Below, one piece after another: positions 27,796-37,471 of a DNA stretch of 64,000 nt (within the stretch, counting starts at the first letter, position 1; each line of letters begins with the position of its first letter). The notes beneath the pieces were generated by a model, which worked only from the letters and a program-made list of their open reading frames with translations, was not told the DNA's origin and searched no databases. Both the position numbers and the translations under genes were made by a program. Location: the NCBI GenBank assembly GCA_039908345.1, contig JAMOBD010000001.1, forward strand, positions 129,712 to 193,711, given 5' to 3'. This DNA is from Magnetospirillum sp. WYHS-4. GTDB lineage: Bacteria; Pseudomonadota; Alphaproteobacteria; Rhodospirillales; GLO-3.

Positions 27796-28566
27796 ATGGC
27801 CATCACCCAGGTCATCTATCACATCTTCAAGGAAGCGGCGGCCCAGAAGATCCTGCCGGTAGGCGGAGCGATTCTGGAGTTCGGCGAAGCCAACTGGTAC
27901 GGCGATCTGCCGGTTGCCGTTCTCAAGCGCGACATCGAGACGCTGGTCAAGGACCCCATCCTGCGCCAGCGGCTTCTCGCCCCCCTGGGGCGGACCGACA
28001 GCCCGACCTACATGTTCGATGTCGCCAAGGTCTTCTATGGCCTGTTCGTCAATCCGAGCCGGATCGAGGCCATCGATCCCAGCGGTACCGCCATGGCCCA
28101 GCGACTGGACCTGAACCATCCGCAGGATCTCGGGCGCCGGTTCGAATTGACGGTCAACAACGGCACTGCCGAGCACATCTTCAACATCGGCCAGTTCTTC
28201 AAGACCATGCACGACCATACGGCGGCGGGCGGATTGATGGTTCATGCGGCGCCGTTCACCGGCTGGTTCAATCATGGCTTCTATAATCTCCAGCCGACGC
28301 TGTTCGTCGATCTGGTGGTCACCAACGATTACCGCGTCGAAGGATTCTTTCTCTGCCAGAACAATCCCCCGTCCATCACTCAGATACGTGATCCCAAGGA
28401 ACTTCTCGAGGCGGCACTGAACGACCGCCTGCCCCGGGAATCGTCCCTGATGGCCCTGGTGCGAAAAGCCCGCGACGCGCCCTTCGTCTACCCCAACCAG
28501 GGCTATTATGCCGGCCGCCTCAGCCCGGAGGAAAAGGAAGCCTGGCTGAAGCGGGGCGGCGCATAG
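27796..28566 (+). CDS. Hypothetical protein with a class I SAM-methyltransferase-like layout
   Basis: The ATG is preceded by GGAGGGG. Motif-I position ILEFGEANWYGD, then LDLN, VNNGTAEHIFN and GGLMVH. The family call is tentative. Confidence 0.5.
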   Translation: MAITQVIYHIFKEAAAQKILPVGGAILEFGEANWYGDLPVAVLKRDIETLVKDPILRQRLLAPLGRTDSPTYMFDVAKVFYGLFVNPSRIEAIDPSGTAMAQRLDLNHPQDLGRRFELTVNNGTAEHIFNIGQFFKTMHDHTAAGGLMVHAAPFTGWFNHGFYNLQPTLFVDLVVTNDYRVEGFFLCQNNPPSITQIRDPKELLEAALNDRLPRESSLMALVRKARDAPFVYPNQGYYAGRLSPEEKEAWLKRGGA

Positions 28567-28571
28567 TCGGC

Positions 28572-29384
28572 ATGGCCTTGCGTATCGCCACCTGGAACGT
28601 CAATTCCCTGCGCCGCCGGCTCGATGGCCTGCAGCGGTTGTCGGCTTGGCTGGCGCCGGATGTCGTCTGTCTCCAGGAAACCAAGGTGACCGACGAGTTG
28701 TTCCCCGCCGACGACCTGGCGGCGCTGGGCTATCCCCACCAAGTCTTCAAGGGCATGAAAAGCTACAACGGCGTGGCGGTGATCTCGCGGCTGCCGCTGA
28801 CGGATGCGGGAAGCCGCGACTGGTGCGGGCGCGCCGATTGTCGGCATGTCTGGGCAACGGTCCACGAGCCGGAAACCGGCCGGTCCTGCGAGGTGCATTC
28901 GCTCTATCTACCGGCGGGCGGCGACGTTCCCGACGCTGACGACAACCCCAAATTCGCCCACAAGCTGCGCTTCCTGGAAGACCTGATCGCCTGGTCGGGC
29001 GAACGGCGGGGGGCGGGACGGCCGACGGTGCTGGCCGGCGACCTGAACGTGGCGCCCCTGCCCACCGACGTCTGGTCCCACGAAAAGCTGAGGAACGTGG
29101 TGACCCATACCGAAGGCGAGGTGCGGCTGTTGACCGAAGCGCTGGCGGCCGGCGGTTGGATCGATTCGGTTCGACACCGCCTTCCGGCCGCGGAACGGGT
29201 CTACACTTGGTGGAGTTACCGGGCCAAGGACTGGGAGGGGCCGAATCGCGGCCGGCGCCTCGATCACATCTGGTTGTCGCCCGACCTTGAACCCGCCTTG
29301 GCCGATGTCCACGTCCTGCGCGAGGCGCGCGGCTGGTCCGATCCTTCCGACCACGTCCCGGTGGCGGTGGCCCTCGAATGGTAA
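28572..29384 (+). CDS. xthA: Exodeoxyribonuclease III
   Basis: LRIATWNVNSLRRR...VVCLQETK...GDLNVAP...SDHVPV. Confidence 0.9.
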   Translation: MALRIATWNVNSLRRRLDGLQRLSAWLAPDVVCLQETKVTDELFPADDLAALGYPHQVFKGMKSYNGVAVISRLPLTDAGSRDWCGRADCRHVWATVHEPETGRSCEVHSLYLPAGGDVPDADDNPKFAHKLRFLEDLIAWSGERRGAGRPTVLAGDLNVAPLPTDVWSHEKLRNVVTHTEGEVRLLTEALAAGGWIDSVRHRLPAAERVYTWWSYRAKDWEGPNRGRRLDHIWLSPDLEPALADVHVLREARGWSDPSDHVPVAVALEW

Positions 29385-30074
29385 TCAGGGCGCCAGACGA
29401 TAGCCGCCGGGCTCGGTAAGCAGCAGGACGGCGTTCGACGGGTCTTGTTCGATCTTCTGGCGCAGGCGGTAGACGTGGGTCTCCAGGGTATGGGTGGTGA
29501 CCCCGGCGTTGTAACCCCAGACCTCGCCCAGCAGGGTCTCGCGGCTGACCACGTGGTCGCCGGACCGGTAGAGGTATTTCAGGATCGCCGCCTCCTTGTC
29601 GGTGAGACGTACCTTCTTGTGGGTCCGGTTCTCCACCAGAAGCTTGTTGCCGGGGTGGAAGGTGTAGGGCCCGATGACGAAGACCGCGTCGTCGCTGAGT
29701 TCGTGCTGACGGATATGGGCGCGCAGGCGGGCCAGCAGGATGCCCAGGCGGAAGGGCTTGATGATGTAGTCGTTGGCCCCGGCGTCCAGACCCAGGATGG
29801 TGTCGGCGTCGGTATCGGCGCCGGTCAACATGATGATCGGCGCCTTCACCCCGTTGCGACGCATGAGCCGGCAGACCTCGCGCCCGTCCATGTCGGGCAG
29901 GCCGACGTCCAGGATGACGATGTCGAAGTGTTCGGTCTTGGCGAGTTCCAGCGCCCTTGCGGCCGTCTCGGCCTTGGCGGTGGAGAATTCCTCGTGCAGT
30001 TGAAGCTGTTCGCTCAGCAGATCGAGCAGAGCCGTATCGTCATCCGCGAGCAGGATCTTCTTGCCTGTCGTCAT
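29385..30074 (-). CDS. OmpR/PhoB-family response regulator
   Basis: Receiver domain KILLADDD...DIVILDVGLPDMDG...IMLTG...KPF, plus the winged-helix LTDKEAAILKYL...THTLETHVYRLRQKIE. Confidence 0.85.
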   Translation of the reverse strand: MTTGKKILLADDDTALLDLLSEQLQLHEEFSTAKAETAARALELAKTEHFDIVILDVGLPDMDGREVCRLMRRNGVKAPIIMLTGADTDADTILGLDAGANDYIIKPFRLGILLARLRAHIRQHELSDDAVFVIGPYTFHPGNKLLVENRTHKKVRLTDKEAAILKYLYRSGDHVVSRETLLGEVWGYNAGVTTHTLETHVYRLRQKIEQDPSNAVLLLTEPGGYRLAP

Positions 30075-30190
30075 GCGCCCCCGCCTCCCCACGACCGATG
30101 CGGTCCCGTGCAGTATAAATGCCGAAGCGCTTTCCCTGGAAGCGGAAAGGCGCTATCGTCCGGCCCCTTCGCGGAAATCCCGGATGGTCC

Positions 30191-31339
30191 ATGCCGCACC
30201 GATCGGTCCTCATCCCCATGCCAGCGTCGCGTGAGCCGGTATCCTTGCTCGCCGTCGACCGGGCATCGTCCGACCTGCGGCGCGGCCGGCCGGTGGCCGT
30301 GCGGGCGGGTGGGGGCGGCGCCGCCCTGGTGCGGGCCGCCGAAGCGGCCACGGCGGAAAGCCTGATCGAGATGGCCCGCATGGCGGGCGCCACGGTACGC
30401 CTGGCCGTGACGGCCCGGCGTGCCGGAGCCCTGGGACTGCCGGACGGTGGGTCCAAGGTCGTGACGCTGACCGATTCGGCAGGCTTCACTGCGGGACGCA
30501 TCATCGATCTTTCCGACCCGTTGGCCACGCCCGCAGGGCAGCCAGGAGACCTTCTGGCGGTGCCGGCCGCCCCATACGGTTGCGAAAGTGCTGCCGTGGG
30601 CCTGGTCAAGTTGGCGCGCTTGCTGCCTTCCGCGCTGGTCTGCGACCTGGCGGCCAACCGCGAAGCCGACGATCTGGTCCTTTGGGCGGCGCGGCGCGAT
30701 CTGCTGGTGGTCGATGCCGGCGACGTCTTCCAATACGAACAGACCGCGGCCCGCACCCTGCGGAAAGTCAGCGAGGCCCGGGTGCCCCTGGCCGATGCCG
30801 AGGCGACCCGCGTTCTCGCCTTCCGGCCGCTGGACGGAGGGCTGGAGCATTTGGCCATCGTGATCGGCGATCCGCCGGCAGGTCGGGCCGTTCTCACCCG
30901 CCTGCATTCCGAATGCTTCACCGGCGACCTGCTGGGCAGCTTGCGCTGCGACTGCGGCGACCAGTTGCGCGGTGCGATTCGCGAGATCGCCGCGGCTGGA
31001 GGCGGCGTATTGCTCTACCTCGCCCAGGAAGGGAGGGGGATCGGGCTGGTCAACAAGCTGCGCGCCTACGAATTGCAGGATCGGGGCTTCGACACCCTGG
31101 ACGCCAACGAGCAACTGGGCTTCGATGCCGACGAGCGGGTCTATCTGCCGGCGGTGCAGATGCTGCGGCAATTGGGGTACGGCCAGGTGCGGCTGATGAC
31201 CAACAACCCGGACAAGGTCGGGGCCCTGGCCCGGTTCGGCATCACGGTGACGGAGCGGGTGGCTCATGCCTTTCCCGCCAATCGGCACAACGAGGCCTAC
31301 CTGCGCACCAAGGCGGCCAAGGGCGGCCATCTTTTCTGA
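30191..31339 (+). CDS. ribA: GTP cyclohydrolase II with an N-terminal extension domain
   Basis: RLHSECFTGDLLGSLRCDCGDQL...GRGIGLVNKLRAYELQDRGFDT...MTNNPDK. The start could be 30119 or 30191. Confidence 0.85.
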   Translation: MPHRSVLIPMPASREPVSLLAVDRASSDLRRGRPVAVRAGGGGAALVRAAEAATAESLIEMARMAGATVRLAVTARRAGALGLPDGGSKVVTLTDSAGFTAGRIIDLSDPLATPAGQPGDLLAVPAAPYGCESAAVGLVKLARLLPSALVCDLAANREADDLVLWAARRDLLVVDAGDVFQYEQTAARTLRKVSEARVPLADAEATRVLAFRPLDGGLEHLAIVIGDPPAGRAVLTRLHSECFTGDLLGSLRCDCGDQLRGAIREIAAAGGGVLLYLAQEGRGIGLVNKLRAYELQDRGFDTLDANEQLGFDADERVYLPAVQMLRQLGYGQVRLMTNNPDKVGALARFGITVTERVAHAFPANRHNEAYLRTKAAKGGHLF

Positions 31340-31424
31340 CCCGGCCCGGTAGATTCTGCCGCCGATGGACGGCGCCGACCGGGCATGTGACCGGACAAGG
31401 CCTTGAAATCCCGCGATTCCCATA

Positions 31425-32438
31425 ATGGCATACGCCTTGCTTCATGATGAGCGGCAACCAGGAGCGCCGGTCATGGACGACTTCATCAAGGCGATGGAAA
31501 CGCGGAACGCCCCGGTCACTCAAGGGACCAAGGGAGAATTCCTCAAGGAATCCCGCGAGGGCGCCAAGGCGGCCTTCTCGGCGACCGAGGACGACAGCTT
31601 CAGTTTCCAGGATATCGTCAACATCATCAATCCCCTGCAGCACCTGCCGGTGATTTCCACGCTCTACAAGGAAATGACCGGCGACAAGGTGCAGGGCGCT
31701 CCGCATGCCCTGGGCAGTATTCTTTACGGTGGCCTGTTGGGCGGGCCGATCGGCATCGCCACCTCGGTGGCCAACCTGGCGCTGGAAGGCGTAACCGGCA
31801 AGGATGCCGGCGAACACATGATGGCCCTGCTGAAGGACGGCGATGGGACCGAAGGCACCGATTTGGCCGAACAGGCCTTCGAGGCGCCGGCGCCGGGCAG
31901 CCTGAAAGTCGCCGCCGTGACCCGCGAAGACCTGCCGCCGCCACCGCCGGAAATGGCGGCCCTGGCGCAGCCGACGAAGGATGGCGACCCGATTGCCGCC
32001 TGGGCCCGCGACGCGCTGGAGTCCCGCGACGACCAGACGGTCGCCATGACCGCCGCCGAGGGCGAGGACCCGGTGACTCTCTGGGCACGGCAGGAACATC
32101 GCATTCGCACGGCCGCCGTCAAGCGCGACACGCCGCCGACCGCCGGACGCAACCCCGATCCCTTGGCCGAGCAGATGGCACGCGACCCCAAGGAACTCGC
32201 CGGCCCGACCCCCGACCCCGGCATTCTGGCCGCTTTGCAACTCGTGGGACGGGAGACGGATTCCGCCGCGGCCGGTTTGCGGCAATCCCAGGACCTGGGC
32301 CGCGAAGGGCGCGTCGACCGGGCCGCCGAACAGGTGGCCGGCATGCTGGAGGCCATGTCCGGCCTGAGCCAGTATCTGCGCGCCGAACGCCTGGCCGAGG
32401 CGGCGGGTATCCGGCCGGTACTTTCCGCACAGGGATAA
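31425..32438 (+). CDS. Hypothetical protein (337 aa)
   Basis: Long ORF with good GC3. It has one Gly-rich hydrophobic segment (SILYGGLLGGPIGIATSVANLAL) and an Ala/Pro/Asp-rich C-terminal half. No family recognised. Confidence 0.55.
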   Translation: MAYALLHDERQPGAPVMDDFIKAMETRNAPVTQGTKGEFLKESREGAKAAFSATEDDSFSFQDIVNIINPLQHLPVISTLYKEMTGDKVQGAPHALGSILYGGLLGGPIGIATSVANLALEGVTGKDAGEHMMALLKDGDGTEGTDLAEQAFEAPAPGSLKVAAVTREDLPPPPPEMAALAQPTKDGDPIAAWARDALESRDDQTVAMTAAEGEDPVTLWARQEHRIRTAAVKRDTPPTAGRNPDPLAEQMARDPKELAGPTPDPGILAALQLVGRETDSAAAGLRQSQDLGREGRVDRAAEQVAGMLEAMSGLSQYLRAERLAEAAGIRPVLSAQG

Positions 32439-32444
32439 GCCTTC

Positions 32445-32954
32445 ATGGCGGGCGACGTGATCGAAGTCCGGGCCCCCGATATGCTGGAATGGCAGGGACG
32501 GCGCTACCGTTGCGCCCTCGGGCGCGGCGGAATAGTCGTCGACAAGCGGGAAGGCGATGGAGGCACCCCGATCGGCGTACATCCGTTGCGCCGGGTGCTC
32601 TATCGGCCGGATCGATTGGTCATGGTGGCCACCGGGCTGCCGCTGGCCATGCTCCATCCCGGGGACGGCTGGTGCGACGATCCCGACGATCCTGCCTATA
32701 ATTGCTTGGTTCCCCTGCCCTATCCCGGTCGCCACGAAAGACTATGGCGGGAGGATGGGGTCTACGACGTGGTCGCGGTGCTGGGCTGGAACGACGATCC
32801 CCCCGTCGCCGGGCGGGGCAGCGCCATCTTTCTGCACGTGGCGCGGCCCGGCTACGAGCCGACCGAAGGCTGCGTGGCCCTCGCCCGGACCGACCTCCTG
32901 GAAGTCCTGGCGGATTGCGGGCCCAGGACGCTGATGCGGATACGGGGAGGCTGA
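32445..32954 (+). CDS. L,D-transpeptidase (YkuD) family protein
   Basis: GSAIFLHVARPGYEPTEGCVAL matches the YkuD H-x(n)-[ST]-x-G-C active-site pattern. Confidence 0.7.
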   Translation: MAGDVIEVRAPDMLEWQGRRYRCALGRGGIVVDKREGDGGTPIGVHPLRRVLYRPDRLVMVATGLPLAMLHPGDGWCDDPDDPAYNCLVPLPYPGRHERLWREDGVYDVVAVLGWNDDPPVAGRGSAIFLHVARPGYEPTEGCVALARTDLLEVLADCGPRTLMRIRGG

Positions 32955-32994
32955 ACGCTTCCGCCCGGTCCCCGAATCGCGTAGCCTTTGTCTC

Positions 32995-33732
32995 ATGAGT
33001 CTATCTCCCGCCCTCGATTCCGACGCCGCCATCGACCGCATCGGGCGTAGCGTCAACCGCCTGTCGGTCGCCGAATGCGCCGGCTACGAATCGGCGCGCG
33101 CCGAAGCCGAAGGCGGACTCCGCGAGGGGCTCGACGGCCTGCTCGCCGCCACCGGCCGAATCGTCGCCCAGGCCGGCCAACTGTGGGAAGGCATGCGGTC
33201 GGGAGCGCCCGAGGCCACCGGGAAAGCGGCCTGCCGGGCCGGCTGCGGCTGGTGTTGCCACCAGCGGGTGGGGGCCCTGCTGCCGGAGGTGTTCTGGATC
33301 GCCCGGCGAATCGGGGACGAAGGGCGACGGGACGAGGCCCTCGCCCGCCTGTCGGGAAGCAAGGGCGGCAAGGCCTGCCCTTTCCTGGAAGAAGGCGGCT
33401 GTACGATCTATGCCTTGCGGCCCTTGAAGTGCCGCGGCCTTTACGTCCGGGACGCCGCCTGGTGCATGCGGACCTATGCCGGAATCGTGGCGCCGACCGC
33501 CGCCCCGCCTTTGGCCGGCGTCCTGCTGCCGGAGCCCAAGGACCTGTTCGACGGGGCTCTCAAGGGCTTGGCCCTGACCCTGATCCGCAAGGGCCGGGAT
33601 TGTCCGGGGGTAGAGTTCGCGCCCACCTTGCGCTTGGTCCTTGATGGCCGCCTGACGGCGGAAGCCTGGTGGCGGGGCCGCATCCAGCTACCCGAAGCCC
33701 TGCGGCTGGACTGGTTTCCCGCGCCCCGCTAA
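32995..33732 (+). CDS. YkgJ-family Cys-cluster protein
   Basis: CRAGCGWCCH ... CPFLEEGGCTIYALRPLKCR. Confidence 0.6.
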   Translation: MSLSPALDSDAAIDRIGRSVNRLSVAECAGYESARAEAEGGLREGLDGLLAATGRIVAQAGQLWEGMRSGAPEATGKAACRAGCGWCCHQRVGALLPEVFWIARRIGDEGRRDEALARLSGSKGGKACPFLEEGGCTIYALRPLKCRGLYVRDAAWCMRTYAGIVAPTAAPPLAGVLLPEPKDLFDGALKGLALTLIRKGRDCPGVEFAPTLRLVLDGRLTAEAWWRGRIQLPEALRLDWFPAPR

Positions 33733-34397
33733 CTTCGGACCCCGAAGATCGCCGTTCCCACCCGGACCAGGGTCGCCCCGAAGCGGATGGCGATCTCGAA
33801 ATCGTGGCTCATGCCCATGCTGAGGGAATCCAGCCCGTTGCGGGCGGCGATCTTGGCCAGCAGGGCAAAATGGGGGGCCGGTTCTTCCGCCGCCGGCGGG
33901 ATGCACATCAGACCGGCGATGGGCAGGGCCAAATCGTCGCGGCAAGTCCTGATGAAGGCGTCGGCATCGGCAGGCGGAACGCCGGCCTTCTGCGCTTCTT
34001 CGCCCGTGTTGATCTGGATGAAGCAGGGAACCCGGCGTCCGCCGGCGCCCATCTCCTCGGCCAGGGCCACGGCCAGGCGTGGGCGATCGAGGGTTTCGAT
34101 GACGTCGAACAGCGCCAGGGCCTTGCGCAGCTTGTTGCGCTGCAAGGGACCGATCAGGTGGAGGACGGCGTCGGGATAGGCCGCCTTGAGGGCCGGCCAC
34201 TTGGCTTCCGCCTCCTGGACCCTGTTCTCGCCGAACAGGCGGTGGCCCGCCCGCAGGGCCGACAGGATGCCCTCCGGCGCCACCGTCTTGCTGACCGCCA
34301 CCAGGGAGGCCGAATCGGCGGGCCGTCCCGAATCGGCGGCGGCGGCAACGATTCGCGCCTTTACCTCGGCCAGGTTCCGGGCGATAGGATCATCCAT
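33729..34397 (-). CDS. yggS: YggS-family pyridoxal-phosphate homeostasis protein
   Basis: LVAVSKTV (PLP Lys), GHRLFGENRVQE, LHLIGPLQRNK, LSMGMSHDFEIAI. Confidence 0.85.
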   Translation of the reverse strand: MDDPIARNLAEVKARIVAAAADSGRPADSASLVAVSKTVAPEGILSALRAGHRLFGENRVQEAEAKWPALKAAYPDAVLHLIGPLQRNKLRKALALFDVIETLDRPRLAVALAEEMGAGGRRVPCFIQINTGEEAQKAGVPPADADAFIRTCRDDLALPIAGLMCIPPAAEEPAPHFALLAKIAARNGLDSLSMGMSHDFEIAIRFGATLVRVGTAIFGVRS

Positions 34398-34424
34398 GTC
34401 CTTGGGCCTCGTTGGAGATTGTCC

Positions 34425-35033
34425 GTGGCGACCCTAGCAGACCTGGCCCGCCGGCTCAAACGGCCCGCCGCCGCCGCCGGCCTGCCGCGATTGATCCTGA
34501 TGACCGACGCGGTGCGCCTGCCCGATGCCCTCCCGGCGCTTCGCCGGCTGCCGGCCCATGAGGGTGCGGTGATCTTCCGGCATTACGGAATCGAGGGCCG
34601 GGAGCGGATCGGAAGACTGTGGCGGGCGGAGTGCCGTCGGCTGGGCCTGCGGTTTCTGGTCGCCGGCGATTTCGCCCTGGCCGTTCGCCTGCATGCGGAT
34701 GGCGTTCATCTGCCCGAGCCCTTGGTGCGGCGCTTAGGCGGCCGCGGACGTTTGCGCCGGCCCTGGCCCGGTTTCCTGGTGACGGCCGCCGCCCATGGGC
34801 CGGCGGCGGCCAGACGGGCGAAGATCCTGGGCGTCGACGCGACGCTGGTTTCTCCCGTCTATGCCACCGTCAGCCATCCGGCGGCGAGGGTCCTGGGGGT
34901 CCGGGGTTTGGCGCGGATTCTGGGAAGGGGCAAGGGTCCGGTCTACGCCTTGGGGGGCATCGATGCCGTCGGCGCGGCCCGCTTGCGAAACCTGCCTTTG
35001 GCCGGATTCGCGGGGATATCGGGAATCGTTTGA
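34425..35033 (+). CDS. Thiamine-phosphate synthase family protein (ThiE-like)
   Basis: LILMTD...GADGVHL...VSPVYAT.SHP...ALGGI. There is no in-frame ATG after the yggS start region. Candidate starts are the GTG at 34425 or the TTG at 34419. Confidence 0.6.
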   Translation: MATLADLARRLKRPAAAAGLPRLILMTDAVRLPDALPALRRLPAHEGAVIFRHYGIEGRERIGRLWRAECRRLGLRFLVAGDFALAVRLHADGVHLPEPLVRRLGGRGRLRRPWPGFLVTAAAHGPAAARRAKILGVDATLVSPVYATVSHPAARVLGVRGLARILGRGKGPVYALGGIDAVGAARLRNLPLAGFAGISGIV

Positions 35034-35059
35034 CGCGGCCGGCTTGCAGCCAAAACGAA

Positions 35060-35083
35060 GGGAGCGGCCCTAAGGCCGCTCCC
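35060..35083. terminator. Strong hairpin terminator between the convergent thiE-like and porin genes
   Basis: GGGAGCGGCC-ctaa-GGCCGCTCCC (10-bp perfect stem). On the minus strand it is followed by TTCGTTTTGG. Confidence 0.7.
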
Positions 35084-35115
35084 CCGGTTCTCTTGGGCTC
35101 GTGTCAGCCGACCGA

Positions 35116-36336
35116 TTAGAAGGTCAGGAGCACGCCGGCCTGCAGGCCGTAGCCATCGTTCTCGTTGCCAGCGGCAGAGCCACCGCCGACCTCGTTATCG
35201 TAGTTGCCACGGAACAGGGCGGCATTGAAGTCGACGCCGGGCCCGAGGTTGTAGTTGAAGCCGAGCACCCATTCGGAATAGGTGTCTTCGCCGCCCTGGT
35301 CGATACGCCCGGCGGTTTCACCCTTGGTGTAGGTGAGGCCAACCTTGTAGGGACCGGTTTCGTAGGTCAGGCCGGTATCCCACTTGTGGCCGTCGATGGT
35401 GCGGACGTTGGCGGTATTGCCAGCCTTTTCGGAGTCCTGGATCTGGCGAGAGAAGCTGCCGCCCAGGGTGAAGCCGGCGTAGCCGAAGTTCAGACCGCCA
35501 CCGTACCAAGTGGTGCTGTTGGGCATGATGGTGCCGGCGGCAATCGCCACATTGTCGGCGCCGCGGCGGGCCATGTTGAAGTCCGCACCGACCTTCACGC
35601 CGAACAGCGTGTCGTCATAGGCAAGGGCGGCCGAATAGTACGAACCGCTGAAGCCGGCAACGGTCTTGTCGACAGCCGCGTTGTTGGCGTAGCCCGAGTC
35701 CGGAACATAGGACAGGCCGATGCCTACGCCCATGAAACGGGGCGAGATGTAGTTGATGCGGTTGAAATCGCTGGCATCGTTGGCGCCGGTCGTGGCCATG
35801 TCGCCGCGGGCCGAGTGCTGGCCGGGCAGAGCCAGATACACGGTGCTGACCGAGATGTCGCCGGCGTTCAGGCCGATGATGGAGGCGTTGGGAGCGCGGT
35901 GGCCCATGGACCACGCCGGACCCTTGGTGGCGCCCAGATCGAGTCTGCCCAGGGTGGCGGAAGACAGGTACATGAAGCTTTCGTCGAAGGCCCGGCCGCC
36001 GTTGGTGCCGTTGTCGCCGTTGAAGCTGTCGGTTTCGAACTCGACCCGCATGCCGACGGTGATGCCGTTGTCCAGCTTGGTCTCGCCCTTGACGTGGATT
36101 TCGGAGGCCGACTTCTGGTCAAAGGACTTGTAGGAACCGGTGTTGACATTGGCACCGGCCGCGGTGCCGCCGACCACGAGCTTGTTCTCGAAATCGTCGT
36201 CCTGGTCGGCCCATCCGATGACCTGACCGAAGAAGCCGCCCAACTGCAGCTTGATCTTCTCCGAGGCCTGGGCGCCCGGAGCCGCGACCAAGGTGGCGGC
36301 GACCAGGGCGGTAGTACCCAAAAGAACCTTCTTCAT
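35116..36336 (-). CDS. Outer-membrane porin
   Basis: Signal peptide MKKVLLGTTALVAATLVAAPGAQA, an alternating beta-strand pattern, Gly/aromatic-rich composition, and a C-terminal ...GVLLTF. Confidence 0.8.
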   Translation of the reverse strand: MKKVLLGTTALVAATLVAAPGAQASEKIKLQLGGFFGQVIGWADQDDDFENKLVVGGTAAGANVNTGSYKSFDQKSASEIHVKGETKLDNGITVGMRVEFETDSFNGDNGTNGGRAFDESFMYLSSATLGRLDLGATKGPAWSMGHRAPNASIIGLNAGDISVSTVYLALPGQHSARGDMATTGANDASDFNRINYISPRFMGVGIGLSYVPDSGYANNAAVDKTVAGFSGSYYSAALAYDDTLFGVKVGADFNMARRGADNVAIAAGTIMPNSTTWYGGGLNFGYAGFTLGGSFSRQIQDSEKAGNTANVRTIDGHKWDTGLTYETGPYKVGLTYTKGETAGRIDQGGEDTYSEWVLGFNYNLGPGVDFNAALFRGNYDNEVGGGSAAGNENDGYGLQAGVLLTF

Positions 36337-36512
36337 TGACTTCCCCTTCTCTGCTCTGGTGCGACGGACCACCCGGCCCGCCGAAACGGTGAACTGACCG
36401 GCCCATACAGCCATTGTCGGAGCCGGGACGCAAGTGTGAACGACAGGGGGCAACGACAAGGAAGCGGTGGTGTGACATTCTTGCAACGGATTGTCCGACC
36501 CCCGCGGCCGGA

Positions 36513-37376
36513 TCAATCCGGGGCGTAGGCGCGAATATCCACTTGGCCGTCCTTGGTTCCGTGGACGAGGAAGGTTCCGAGTTCCAGCTGGCTCATCTCG
36601 ATCAGCCACCCGGCCTTTTTCCTGACCAGGCGGATGTCGCCCTCGCTAAGAACCTCGCGATAGCGAGAAACCCGGTTGGCGACGATGGCTTTGCCGTAGT
36701 TCTCGGAGTGGAAGACGCTTGCCGCCGCCGCCGCCTGGTCGAAGGGACGAAGCGAGCGGAGGTTGGCCATGTCGGGAGTGAATCCGGAAAGGTCGATGCC
36801 GGTAAAGGCGCCGATATGGGCGACCAGGGGTGCGGGATCGGCCACCAGCGCCTCGTAGCGGACGTACAGGGTCCGCTCCTGGAACAAGGGCGAGGGGCAG
36901 GTCATGCATTCCCCGTAATAGCGGGCGATGGTCGTCGCGAGGTCGCCCGCCTCGCTCTTGCCGAATTCCTTCGCACCCTTGCGCTTGGCGGTCAGCGCGG
37001 AAGCCACCGTGTCCAGGGGATTGCGCAGGATCACGACGAAGCGGGCCTCGGGCAGCAACTCGTGGATCTGCGGAAAGCGTTCCGTCAGCTGAGGATGCTT
37101 CATCACCAGGACCCTGGGATGGCCCAGGCGGTCGGCGGCGATTTCCAGAAGCTCGGTCAGATGACGGGCGAAGGTGGCGCGCATATGGTCGCGATCGGTG
37201 AAGAAATACCTGGCGTGTTCGTCGAACATGCGGGCCGTGCGCCAGTAGCCTTCGACGGTCCCCCTGAGAAAGACGGATTCGCCGACCATGGGATGGCAGT
37301 CCGGGCTGGCGCAGAGGATGGTTTGCAGCATCGTGGTGCCGGTGCGTAGGTAGCCACCGACGAAAATAATCTTCAT
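36513..37376 (-). CDS. PAPS-dependent sulfotransferase family protein
   Basis: MKIIFVGGYLRTGTTML (5'-PSB loop-like), RFVVILRNPLDTVAS (3'-PB-like) and YVRYEALV. Confidence 0.7.
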   Translation of the reverse strand: MKIIFVGGYLRTGTTMLQTILCASPDCHPMVGESVFLRGTVEGYWRTARMFDEHARYFFTDRDHMRATFARHLTELLEIAADRLGHPRVLVMKHPQLTERFPQIHELLPEARFVVILRNPLDTVASALTAKRKGAKEFGKSEAGDLATTIARYYGECMTCPSPLFQERTLYVRYEALVADPAPLVAHIGAFTGIDLSGFTPDMANLRSLRPFDQAAAAASVFHSENYGKAIVANRVSRYREVLSEGDIRLVRKKAGWLIEMSQLELGTFLVHGTKDGQVDIRAYAPD

Positions 37377-37471
37377 GGCGTCATTTCTCCCGGTGGGTCT
37401 GGAAGTGCCCGGAACAGGGTACAGGATTTCCCCCCGCGGAGCCGGCGTCAATCCGGAAAAGCGGAGGGCTG

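Noticed and set aside
30075-30190. Possible FMN (RFN) riboswitch upstream of ribA
   Set aside because: Only a short GGAAATCCCGGATGG stretch vaguely recalls the RFN core. The region is too short and lacks the multi-stem conserved segments of the roughly 140-nt element. It also overlaps the alternative ribA start.
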